DNA from: Octopus sinensis
Lineage: Eukaryota
Assembly (NCBI RefSeq): GCF_006345805.1
Contig: NW_021826643.1
Span: 1-12,267, forward strand
DNA length: 12,267 nt
Reading direction: 5' to 3'
The translations under genes were made by a program, and so were the position numbers. Numbering within the stretch: position 1 is the first letter of the stretch; every line of letters starts with the position of its first letter. Below are positions 1 to 9,456 of this stretch, piece after piece. The notes beneath the pieces were generated by a model. The model worked only from the letters and a program-made list of their open reading frames with translations, did not search any database and was not told the DNA's origin.

Positions 1-207
1 GCCTTCATTCTCTCCCTCTCTCACTTTCCTCTCTACACATATATGCACATACAATATATATCCTTATACATACCTTTTTCCTTCTCTCTCTCGCTCTCTC
101 TCTCTTTCAACCTATATATCTGGTTATCTGTCTGTCAGTTTGTTTGTATGTATTTTCATTTATTTACCTTACCATTTGTCTGTCTGTCTAACCATGTATT
201 TAACTTG

Positions 208-271
208 GTATGTATGTATGTATGTATGTATGTATGTATGTATGTATGTATGTATGTATGTATGTATGTAT
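208..271. repeat. (GTAT)n microsatellite
   Basis: Perfect tetranucleotide run read directly from the sequence. Confidence 0.97.
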
Positions 272-516
272 CCCTTTATCTATTAATCTATCTATTCCTA
301 TCTTTTTCAACCTATATATATACATTTTAAATACATTTATAGAGAAAGATATATATTATTTTGTATGGTTATGTATTTGAAATTTTACGTTATGTATTAA
401 TATTTACGATATATTTGTGTACCTGCCTGTCCCAGATAGCACGGTTGTTTATAACTGTTTGCAAGAGTGTGCATACACACATCTTTACACACATACATGC
501 ATACGTACATACATAC

Positions 517-660
517 ACATATCAAACATTGTATTATAACGAGTCTGGTGTCCCTGCACAATCATCAGACACTTCCCACATGGCATGCCATGTAGGCAGT
601 GTTTGATGGTTGTGTAAAGTAACTGGCGAAGGGGACCAGGCTGCCTCGAAGTCACATCAC
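517..660. repeat. Direct repeat copy 1 (partner 1025-1169); carries only the 5' half of the minus-strand hammerhead
   Basis: 523-652 aligns without gaps to 1031-1160 (offset 508) with 15 mismatches in 130 nt by manual count. Its left edge runs into a (CATA)-like microsatellite. Confidence 0.92.
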
Positions 661-996
661 TGGAACTGTAAAAATCTGTAAAACTTTCCAGAAGTTTACC
701 ATTTAAGTATATATATGCTTACATACCTAAATGCCCTGTTGATGTTGTTGAAAATCCAATGAAGGAGCCTTGAATCTAGGTTAGAAAGCGATGCTTTATT
801 GACATGAAACCTTGAATAAAACTGAATAATGACATACACATATACGTATACATACATATATGTATACACGTACACACACTCACGCATGCGTGCACACACA
901 CATGTAGTGCACTGTTTGGTGATGGTAAGATCAGCAAAAAGTGCTCCAGCAGGTGAGAGATAAATATTGTTTAATAAATACCGCATATGTTTTTAT

Positions 997-1080
997 GTAC
1001 TACTATTAGTTTCATGTGCTGAAAACATACCAAACATTGTCTTATAACGCGTCTGGTATTCCAGCACAATCATCAGACAC
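997..1080 (-). ncRNA. Candidate minimal type I hammerhead ribozyme
   Basis: Minus strand reads GUGU-CUGAUGA-U-UGUGCUG...CAGCACA-U-GAA-ACUA-A-UAGU-A-GUAC. The core is canonical; helix II has 7 bp and is extended by AUACCAGAC/GUUUGGUAU; helix III is ACUA/UAGU; the cleavage triplet is GUA. Weak points: helix I is only 4 bp with two G-U pairs, and 10.1-11.1 is U-U. Confidence 0.6.
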
Positions 1081-1169
1081 TGTCTACATGGCATGTTATG
1101 TAGGCAGTGTTTGATGGTTGTGTAAAGTAACTGATGAAGAGTACCAGGCTGCTTCGAAGTTACTGTCAC
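1025..1169. repeat. Direct repeat copy 2 (partner 517-660), containing a 60-nt palindrome at 1064-1123
   Basis: Manual alignment to copy 1, about 88% identity. Confidence 0.92.
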
Positions 1170-1489
1170 CTTTTTACTTGTAAAAGTTTAATGTATATGT
1201 ACACCGTTGCTATTATGCAAAAGTGTTGTAAGTCCAAAATATTGCTTTTTCAGAAAACGAAAAAATAGTCTCACCATTCCATAGCTAAACCGTTCTACTA
1301 CACATTGTCAATTTTTAATAACTTGGCATCTGAAGCAGCTGGAAATCTGAGTTTGACAATAGAACCGGCTATTGCAAGCAAATATATATATTGAAAAAAG
1401 AAAACAGAAAAAGCATTTGGCTAAATTTGGACATACGACAGTTTAACATAATAGCAACGAAATATATAATGATGATGGTAATCTCTCGT

Positions 1490-1778
1490 AGTCCAGGAAA
1501 GACGGTAAGACGGTTTAGAAGGTTCTGTAGTTTCCTGCTGAACAATCTGCACAAATAAGTTGTTTATAATGATGGAATATTTGTGCTGTATATCAGTTCA
1601 CTACATCCATCAAATCGACGTGGCCTGAACAGGAGCGCTGTATGCCTCACGTTAGGTGTTGGAATGAACGCAGGGCGATTTGAGATGCGGTATCTTGCCT
1701 GATGAATGCAACATACCACCCGATCCAGAAGCTGAAACAACGATCCCTGAGTGCTGCAATCTAACTACTAGGCCACGC
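1490..1778 (-). mobile_element. Degenerate tRNA-derived SINE
   Basis: Minus strand starts GCGTGGCCTAGTAGTTAG (A-box-like), followed by a decayed B-box region. The body resembles octopus repeats from memory. The left boundary is approximate. Confidence 0.5.
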
Positions 1779-1789
1779 AAACTTAATAT

Positions 1790-1834
1790 CTATATGTATA
1801 TATATAATATATAATATATATTATATATATATAT

Positions 1835-1896
<62 letters not shown>

Positions 1897-1900
1897 TATT
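1790..1900. repeat. Imperfect (TA)n microsatellite
   Basis: Direct reading. Confidence 0.95.
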
Positions 1901-2212
1901 AGAGTGGCTGTGTGGTAAGTAACTTGCTTCTCAACCACATGGTTCCGGTTCAGTCCCACCAGTGCGTGGCACCTTGGGCGAGTGCCTTCTACTATAGCCT
2001 CGGGCCGACCATATCCTTGTGAGTGGATTTGGTAGATGGAAACTGAAAGAAGCTCGTCGTATATGCGTATATATGTGTATGTATGTGTGTATATGTTTGT
2101 GTGTCTGTGTTTGTCTCCCTAACATCGCTTGACATAGAATAAGTACTAGGCTTACAAAGAAGTCCTGGGGTCGATTTGCTCGATTGCTCGACTAAAGGTG
2201 GTACTCCAGCAT
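1901..2212 (+). mobile_element. tRNA-derived SINE (octopus-type) with internal (TG/TA) microsatellite
   Basis: A-box-like TGGCTGTGTGG (1905-1915) and B-box-like GGTTCAGTCCC (1947-1957), followed by CACCTTGGGCGAGTG body. A related, more decayed copy lies on the opposite strand at 3210-3352. Confidence 0.85.
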
Positions 2213-2257
2213 ATGGTGAGGGATTACTGTATATATATATATATATATTAATATATA

Positions 2258-2481
2258 AGTAGCGAATTTCCCTTTATATAACGGTATTTTTTCATAGCGT
2301 TTTTCAGATGGCCAGATAACCGAAGGGATGGTGTTGTGGTTTTCCATTTCGGCATCTGAAACTCAGAGTTTTATCTTGACTATTGAATAATTGTAACATA
2401 TTATTTAATAGATAAATTTCCTCTATTTATATAATATTGAGGTCTCTTTCTTTCTTTTGTTATCTTACAGTTTTTACCAAT

Positions 2482-2482
<1 letters not shown>
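2258..2482 (+). mobile_element. Short non-autonomous element in (TA)n carrying a degenerate hammerhead (Penelope-like terminal repeat/retrozyme-like)
   Basis: A ~225-bp complex island bounded on both sides by (TA)n and containing hammerhead topology at 2314-2376. Confidence 0.5.
2314..2376 (+). ncRNA. Degenerate minimal type I hammerhead ribozyme
   Basis: AGAUAA-CCGAAGG-GAUG...CAUC-U-GAA-ACUC-A-GAGU-U-UUAUCU. Helix I is a perfect 6 bp, helix II 4 bp, helix III 4 bp. The core deviates from CUGANGA at two positions and has an extra U before GAAA. Confidence 0.55.
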
Positions 2483-2515
<33 letters not shown>

Positions 2516-2520
2516 CATAA

Positions 2521-2578
<58 letters not shown>

Positions 2579-2688
2579 ATATATATATATATGATTGATT
2601 GATTGATTCTAGTTTCAGCTCACGAGCTGTGGCCATATATATATATATAATATTATATAATATATATATATATATATAATATATATAT
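2483..2688. repeat. (TA)n tracts interrupted by a SINE-tail fragment
   Basis: Direct reading. Confidence 0.9.
2592..2635 (-). mobile_element. Isolated SINE/LINE 3'-tail fragment ending in (AATC)n
   Basis: Minus strand TGGCCACAGCTCGTGAGCTGAAACTAG(AATC)4 forms a small stem-loop plus a simple-repeat tail, typical of a 5'-truncated retroposon end. Confidence 0.5.
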
Positions 2689-2748
2689 GAAAATAGTAAT
2701 GCAATACGAGAGTATTGCTTTCCAGTAAAGAATAGCCCGTGAGGGTAC

Positions 2749-3165
2749 ACATAAAAGTAAATAAATGGTACAACGAAGTACCGATATTTACTGGAAATAG
2801 CGAACGTAATAAATACGACGCTAATGTATAGCTTCACTGCGTATGTACTAGTAAAGATGCGTGTGTGCAACAAACATGAAAAAAATTGTCTTACCTCTAG
2901 GAAGAACATCTGAAAAATGAAAAACCTAGATAACGGATAATGCAGTACCGGTTTCGGATTTTTCAAAATACGAATGCCAATCGTATAATTGATTTATCCT
3001 CATCAGCTGCATAAACCTCAACAATATTTCAAATGTTGCCACATCTACACCAGTACACACGTCTGAACGCCAAAACGTGAAGCTATACATTAGCGTCGTA
3101 TTTATTACGTTCGCTATTTCCAGTAAATATCGGTACTTCGTTGTACCATTTATTTACTTTTATGT
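2749..3165. repeat. Perfect 89-bp inverted repeat, arms 2749-2837 and 3077-3165, 239-bp spacer
   Basis: Manual reverse-complement comparison gives 89/89 identity. The ORF track also shows the same peptide (KLYISVVFITFAISSKYRYFVVPFIYFYV) on both strands. Confidence 0.97.
2940..3012 (-). ncRNA. Minimal type I hammerhead ribozyme (intact core)
   Basis: Minus strand AUGCAG-CUGAUGA-GGAU...(AUACGA/UCGUAU inner hairpin)...AUCC-GAA-ACCGGU-A-CUGCAU. Helix I is 6 bp, the core is fully canonical with G10.1-C11.1, helix III is a loopless palindrome, and GUA cleavage is predicted between 2946 and 2945. Confidence 0.88.
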
Positions 3166-3174
3166 ATATATATA

Positions 3175-3209
<35 letters not shown>

Positions 3210-3212
<3 letters not shown>

Positions 3213-3352
3213 GAGGGTCCTTCTTTACAGTATCTTTCAACAAACCAAAACTCACAAGGCCTTGGTCAATCCGAACCCCCGATAGATAGTACTTATGAAA
3301 GGTGCCATGCAGTTGAATTGAAACTGTGACCACTTGGTGGTAAAGCGATCAT
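3210..3352 (-). mobile_element. Decayed SINE 5' part, same family as 1901-2212
   Basis: ACTCACAAGGCCTTGGTC and AAGGTGCCATGCAG are reverse complements of GACCATATCCTTGTGAGT and TGCGTGGCACCTT in the plus-strand copy. Confidence 0.7.
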
Positions 3353-3534
3353 CGTAGCTGAGAAGATATACGTGCGGCAATATGTATGTTTATGTTTGAG
3401 AGAAACCTTGGTCCGGGTTGCATGTATTCTTATGTATTTCACACGTAATCAAAAATCTCAAACTGCTCATTCCCCGAACACGATCTTAAGTTGTTCACGT
3501 CTATACTTTTTGCACCCGCAAAATGAACAAAAAT

Positions 3535-3535
<1 letters not shown>

Positions 3536-3574
<39 letters not shown>

Positions 3575-3600
3575 TCACACACACTTATACACTCACACAC
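3536..3600. repeat. (CA)n microsatellite
   Basis: Direct reading. Confidence 0.95.
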
Positions 3601-3809
3601 ATACACGCATATACTCACAGACATATATGTATGAGTATACGCATTGGCGTGTTCTGTATCTAAGTGCATATGTCTGTGTTTATGTATGTATGTATATATT
3701 TATATATACATATATACTTACACAGGTATGTGTATACATGAAAAAGTACGTGTGTATATATACACATTGTTAAAAAGAAAATATACATAAACACACACAT
3801 ATATACACA

Positions 3810-3872
<63 letters not shown>

Positions 3873-3904
3873 CCTATATGTATATATATATATATATATA
3901 TATA
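3810..3904. repeat. (ATCT)n followed by (TA)n
   Basis: Direct reading. Confidence 0.95.
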
Positions 3905-4056
3905 AAACTAGCTACTATACACACATACACACATATATGTATGTATTTATCTGTAATATATACGCACACATATCATTCTTTTGGCATTATATACAGCCAT
4001 TATGTAACTTGTGTATAAATTCGAGTAGGTGTCTAAAGGTATTTTTGTATAATGTG

Positions 4057-4089
<33 letters not shown>

Positions 4090-4788
4090 GTGTGTATATG
4101 CGTATGTATATATATATGTATATATATATATGTGTGTGTGTGTGAATACCTGTGCGGGCGGGAAGAAAAAAACTTAGACAGCACGCACGCACACACGCAT
4201 ACACAGACATACACACACACGTATAAAAACGTTTATCACTGTCTAAGGAGAGGAAGGGGAAGGGAGTGAATGAGAAAATGTAAAGAGAGAAAGGAAGAAA
4301 GAAAGAAAGAAAGAGCGAGAGAGAAAAGAGGGAGAGAGAGACGCCTATTAAACATCGAATATCCCCTGTGAGATTATATATTTACCTTTTTTAAGTGTTG
4401 GTGGTCGTGGTGAGAAGCGATAACTTCAATGTCAATCCTTATAATTGTTACACAAGTGGTTTGTATTGAATTTTGGCAGAGATTTTGGTATATGCTTCTG
4501 ACATCATACATAAACACATATACATATATATGTATAAGTACTTCTGTTTATACAGACGCACACATACACACACAAACACACATACTCACACGAAGGCATA
4601 TACACACATATATGTATGGAGGTGTATTTGTGTAGCTATCTCTATATAAGTATATATATATACGTATTTATGATTTATATATATATATGTGTATGTGTGT
4701 GTGTGCGTGGGTATGCGTATATATGTATGTATATATATGTATGTGTATGAATGTATATATCTCTCTCTATCTATCTAATTTGCTCACA

Positions 4789-4980
4789 TTATAAGAATAT
4801 ATTTATATTATATATGTACATACTAACATAATACATATATTTATATAACGTATATATATGTACATAATACATATATATATAACGTATATATATATCTATA
4901 TAAATATAAAATATATAAATATATATGTATATATATATGTATATATATATATATGTATATATATCTATATCTATATATGT

Positions 4981-5064
<84 letters not shown>

Positions 5065-5146
5065 CACACACATATATATACATATATATATATATATTTA
5101 CATATATATATATATATATTATATATAATATATATATATATATATA
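4789..5146. repeat. Long imperfect (TA)n array
   Basis: Direct reading. Confidence 0.95.
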
Positions 5147-5572
5147 AACGTTGTATTTGTACCTCCCCTTTGTCTTGTTGAAGTAGCTAGCTAGAATATT
5201 TTCAAACTTCAATGATTAGAGAGGTTTTATATGTTAGTACAAATGGCTGCAAAAAAAAAAGAAATGAAAGAATGAAAAAAAAAAATGGAATAAAAAATAA
5301 AAAAAAAAATCCCCCCCAGAACAGCAACCGAACCACTACTGAATAAAACAAGTTTATATTGACGAAGATAATAAAGAAAGGAAGCTTGAAGAAAAGACAG
5401 AGTTGTTTGGTCGGTGGGTGTTTAGGTAATGGCGGCGGTACGGTGTCTTGTGAGTTGAAAGTAGATAGAAATCACTGAAATAAACATGGAATTTAGAAGT
5501 TAATTTCCTCCCTGTCCGGGAGTCTGCCTGTCAGTCTTTCTGACTGTCCGTCCTTGTCACTTCTTTCAATTC

Positions 5573-5665
5573 TATATATATATATATATAATATATATAT
5601 ATATATGTAATACACACACACACCCACACACATACACACACACACACAAACCCACACACACACAA

Positions 5666-5703
<38 letters not shown>

Positions 5704-5752
5704 TCATGTATATATATATGTATATATATATATATATGTCTATATATATCTA

Positions 5753-5847
<95 letters not shown>

Positions 5848-5885
5848 TGTGTGTGTGTGTGTGTGTGTATTTATATATATAAACA
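5573..5885. repeat. Compound microsatellite (TA)n(CA)n(TA)n(TATC)n(TC)n(TA)n(TG)n
   Basis: Direct reading. Confidence 0.95.
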
Positions 5886-6268
5886 AACACATACGTATTC
5901 ACACACATATATACACATATAGTTCTCCTGTCTTTAAATATAAGTTTTACTTGTATACACGAATAAAGATAGTCTACTCAATAAGAGTAAATAACGAAAG
6001 AAAAATATGTAAATAATGAAGCCGATTAAAGTTACTACATCGTTACATCAATTTTCATGTCGTGTTTAGAACTATGTAATCCTAAGACGCTAAACAAAAC
6101 CCAGGCCGTATACATTAAGTCCTGTTTTCTTTCTTCCCAGAGAACGATTTTGTTCATCGTTTGCTAGTTAGTTTGGTGTTAACTTGACATGAAACTTGAT
6201 GTAACCGTGTAATTTTTGTGCAATGTTTTGTTGAAGCTCCAGCATCGCACATCATAGGAAAAGAAAGC

Positions 6269-6452
6269 TTTCAAATCTTGACACAATTGTAAGGAAGTAA
6301 GTATGTCGATGTCAGTGTTTATTTAATTGATCCCAAAGGGATGAAAAGCAAAGTTGACATTAGCGGAATTTGTATACAAACGTAAAGAGCGGCAACAAAA
6401 TGGCGCTGAACATTTTGTACGATACACTAATGATTTTGTGAGCTCACCGCCT
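6269..6452 (-). mobile_element. Old tRNA-derived SINE copy (family of 7366-7569 and 9652-9825)
   Basis: Shares GGATGAAAxGCAAAGTTGAC...GCGGAATTTG and TTCAAATxTTGxCACAA with the other two copies. The minus-strand head is AGGCGGTGAGCT. Confidence 0.7.
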
Positions 6453-6527
6453 AAGAAAAAAAAATGCTTTAATGTTATTCTGTTCAGACGATGATGACAT
6501 TCATAATGTATTTAGTATTTGACGTAA

Positions 6528-6715
6528 TTGCTGTTGTTCCTTCTCGAGCCACGCCTGGCTCACAAGGGCCGGTTTCCCAGTTTCCTTGGCGTATAGGTTC
6601 TCCACCTGGACGGGACGCCGGTCCGTCGCAGGTGAGCTGCAAGATGCAAGAGGAAAGAGGGAGAGAAAGTTGTGGCGAAAGAGTCAGCAGAAGTTCGCCA
6701 TTACCTTCTGCCGGA
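6528..6715 (-). mobile_element. SINE 3' part, same family as 10984-11240
   Basis: CCGGTTTCCC, TGGCGTAT, CTGGACGGGA and GAGAGAAAGTTG match the reverse complement of 11050-11220. Confidence 0.8.
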
Positions 6716-6726
6716 TTGGAAGTGCT

Positions 6727-7215
6727 ATAATTGCTTTGTCTTGGTATAAAAGATGGGCTACAGCAAATATTCTGCTCAATACCACAGATTTGCTTGTCAG
6801 TTGTTTGACCTTAACCAGTTGAGCATGTCGCTTAGTGGCTGACAATATGTGCATCTCTGATCACGAGCAGAAGTAGTGGGGGAGCATCATAGACAGGTTT
6901 TGAGAGGGATTCTTTGGGGTTTGAATAATTCACCTCTGGAAACATGTGTGTTCGTTCAACATCCTTAAACAACCCTTATTCAAGGACCATTTGAGCAGGG
7001 TGGGCTTCTCGACTTGAAAAAAATTCTAACTGGACCCCACCTCGAAGGTCATGCACTGTTCATCTTCATATGAAATCACCATGTCGCGCACATATGGTTG
7101 TGTGATGCATGTGATTGGTGTACCCTTATCAGACGGGGTAGTCATGATGGGTATACTGGGCTTCGTACATCTGTACCCCAGTGTCACTCTGATGGCATGA
7201 ACTGCTCTCTCACTC
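6727..7215 (+). mobile_element. Putative 5'-truncated non-LTR retroelement 3' region ending in (AAT)n tail
   Basis: A ~490-bp higher-GC block that ends CTGCTCTCTCACTC directly into (AAT)n and begins where the preceding SINE is cut off. It resembles an abundant octopus repeat from memory; family not assigned. Confidence 0.5.
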
Positions 7216-7365
<150 letters not shown>

Positions 7366-7569
7366 GGTTTTCCAAATTTTTCCACGAGGCAGCAATTTTG
7401 GGGACGGTCATGAGTCGATTACATCAATCCCAGTGTTCAACTGGTACTTATTTTTATCGACTCTCCGAAATGATGAAAGGCACAGTTGACCTCGGCGGAA
7501 TTTGAACTTAGAACGTAGCGACAGACGAAATACCGCCGAGCATGTTGTGCAGCGCGCTAACGATTCTGA
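7366..7569 (-). mobile_element. tRNA-derived SINE with (TTA)n tail
   Basis: Minus strand has B-box-like GTTCAAATTCC. AGTCGATTACATC...CCCAGTGTTCAACTGGTACTTATTTT is shared with 9652-9825. Confidence 0.85.
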
Positions 7570-7582
7570 CTAACGGTAGTAA

Positions 7583-7883
7583 AAATAATAATGATGATGA
7601 TGATGATGATGATGATAATAATAATAATAATAATATTAATAATAATAATATAATAATGATGATGATAATAATAATAATGATGATGATGATGATGATGATA
7701 ATAATAATAATAATAATAATATTAATAATAATAATAATATAATGATGATGATGATGATGATAATAATAATAATAATAATAATAATAATATAATAATAATA
7801 ATGATGATGATGATGATGATAATAATAATAATAATAATATAATAATAATAATAATAATAATGATGATGATGAGATGATAATAA

Positions 7884-7920
<37 letters not shown>

Positions 7921-7950
7921 TAATAGTAATAATAATTGATGATGATGATG

Positions 7951-8020
<70 letters not shown>

Positions 8021-8366
8021 CGATGAATGATGATGATTGATGATGATGATGATGCTGATGCTGCTGCTGCTGATGATGATGATAGTGGTGGTGCTGATGA
8101 TGTTGATGAGATGATGATGATGACGATGATGGTGATGATGATGATGGTGATGATGATGATGATGATGCTGATGCTGCTGCTGCTGATGATGATGATAGTG
8201 GTGGTGCTGATGATGTTGATGATGATGATGATGATGACGATGATAATGATGATGATGATGATGATGATGATGCTGATGCTGCTGCTGCTGATGATGATGA
8301 TAGTGGTGGTGCTGATGATGTTGATGATGATGATGATGATGACGATGATGGTGATGATGATGATGG

Positions 8367-8406
<40 letters not shown>

Positions 8407-8430
8407 ATGATGATGATGATGATGTTGATG
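7583..8430. repeat. Long compound (AAT)n/(GAT)n/(GCT)n trinucleotide array with higher-order units
   Basis: Direct reading; a 56-bp variant cassette occurs at 8054, 8167 and 8272. Confidence 0.97.
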
Positions 8431-8560
8431 AAACAGACGGACGAGATGATAAAGAAAATGAGAATGTATACAATGCAATTTTCTCCGAAGCATATTTTCA
8501 TTTTTGATTTTCACCAGATAGTTATTATAGTGAAATATTTGACAATGATAGATTGGATGT

Positions 8561-8568
8561 GTAGTAGC

Positions 8569-8614
<46 letters not shown>

Positions 8615-8655
8615 TAGTAGTAGTAGTAGAAGTAGTAGTATTAGTAGTAGTAGTA

Positions 8656-8692
<37 letters not shown>

Positions 8693-8720
8693 AAGTATAG
8701 TAGTAGTAGTAGTAGTAGTA
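8561..8720. repeat. (AGT)n microsatellite
   Basis: Direct reading. Confidence 0.97.
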
Positions 8721-8869
8721 AAAATAGTAATATTAACAGCAATATTTCGGAATAGTGACTCGAGGAGAAAATGAAACAACGTTCGACGTGAATAAATATG
8801 GAAGTCCAGATGTAGTCAAACTAAAACAGAAATATGGTTGCGAAGAGAAAGTGCTGAAATGCTCAATAA

Positions 8870-9236
8870 GGAACGAAAGGGAGTAGAAGGAGGGGGTAGA
8901 TTAGATGATTGGAATATTATGGAAGGCGTGAGGGGCAGAGGTATGTAGGAAAGGAATAAAGGAAAGAGTGAACGAGTGGACGAGTGAACGAGGAAATGTA
9001 TGATGGTGTGTTGAGGGATAAGAGAATAAGAGAATACGCGTATGAGTCGGTTGGAGGAGGAGAGAGTTAAGGGAGAGAAAGAGTGGGAGAGAGAGAGAGG
9101 GAGGGAATGAAAGAGAGGGTTTGGGTAAGAGAAGGACAGAGTGGAAGAAAGTCAGAGATAGAAGAGAAAGAGAGAGAGAGTGGGAGGGAGAGAGAGAAAA
9201 GAGCAACTGAGACTAAAGAGAGAAAGCGAAAGAGAA
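8870..9236. repeat. Purine-rich (GA) low-complexity tract
   Basis: Strong A/G strand bias with GAGA runs. Confidence 0.8.
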
Positions 9237-9456
9237 CACACACACACATACATGCACACATACGCGCACACATACACAGACATAGAGACACACTTACACT
9301 TACACATATACATGAATTTATGCATATATATATGTATATATATGTATATATATATATATATATATATAATATATTATATATATATACATGTATATATGTA
9401 TATATGTATGTATCTATATATATATATATATATGTGTGTTGTGTGTGTGGTGTGTG
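9237..9456. repeat. (CA)n/(TA)n/(TG)n compound microsatellite
   Basis: Direct reading. Confidence 0.9.

Larger units (their letters stand above)
2689..3165 (-). mobile_element. Non-autonomous Penelope-like/retrozyme-like element with hammerhead and inverted duplication, inserted in (TA)n
   Basis: Island flanked by (TA)n on both sides, with a perfect 89-bp inverted repeat (2749-2837 / 3077-3165) and an intact hammerhead at 2940-3012. No RT ORF is present. Confidence 0.7.

Noticed and set aside
727-810. Possible 84-nt minus-strand exon (AAG acceptor, GTATGT donor; FHVNKASLSNLDSRLLHWIFNNINRAF)
   Set aside because: The acceptor is weak, the peptide is unrecognised, no partner exons were found, and GTATGT is common next to these microsatellites.
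1101-1122. TAGGCAGTGTTTGATGGTTGTG resembles miR-34 family mature sequence (seed GGCAGUG)
   Set aside because: It is on the 3' arm, whereas miR-34 is 5p. The hairpin has almost no terminal loop, and the middle aligns poorly. Likely coincidence unless small-RNA reads show otherwise.
1131-1163. Plus-strand CTGATGA...CGAAG as an opposite-polarity hammerhead
   Set aside because: It has GAAG instead of GAAA, no helix III or NUH site, and the core reads CTGGCGA in copy 1.
1699-1748. CTGATGA...GAAAC on the plus strand
   Set aside because: There is no credible helix I, II or III; it is the antisense of a SINE head.
1901-1960. tRNA gene
   Set aside because: It has A/B boxes but no cloverleaf, and continues into a SINE body.
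2749-3165. Classical MITE
   Set aside because: The arms are not at both termini of the island (extra 2689-2748), and an internal hammerhead points to an RNA-based element. Not fully excluded.
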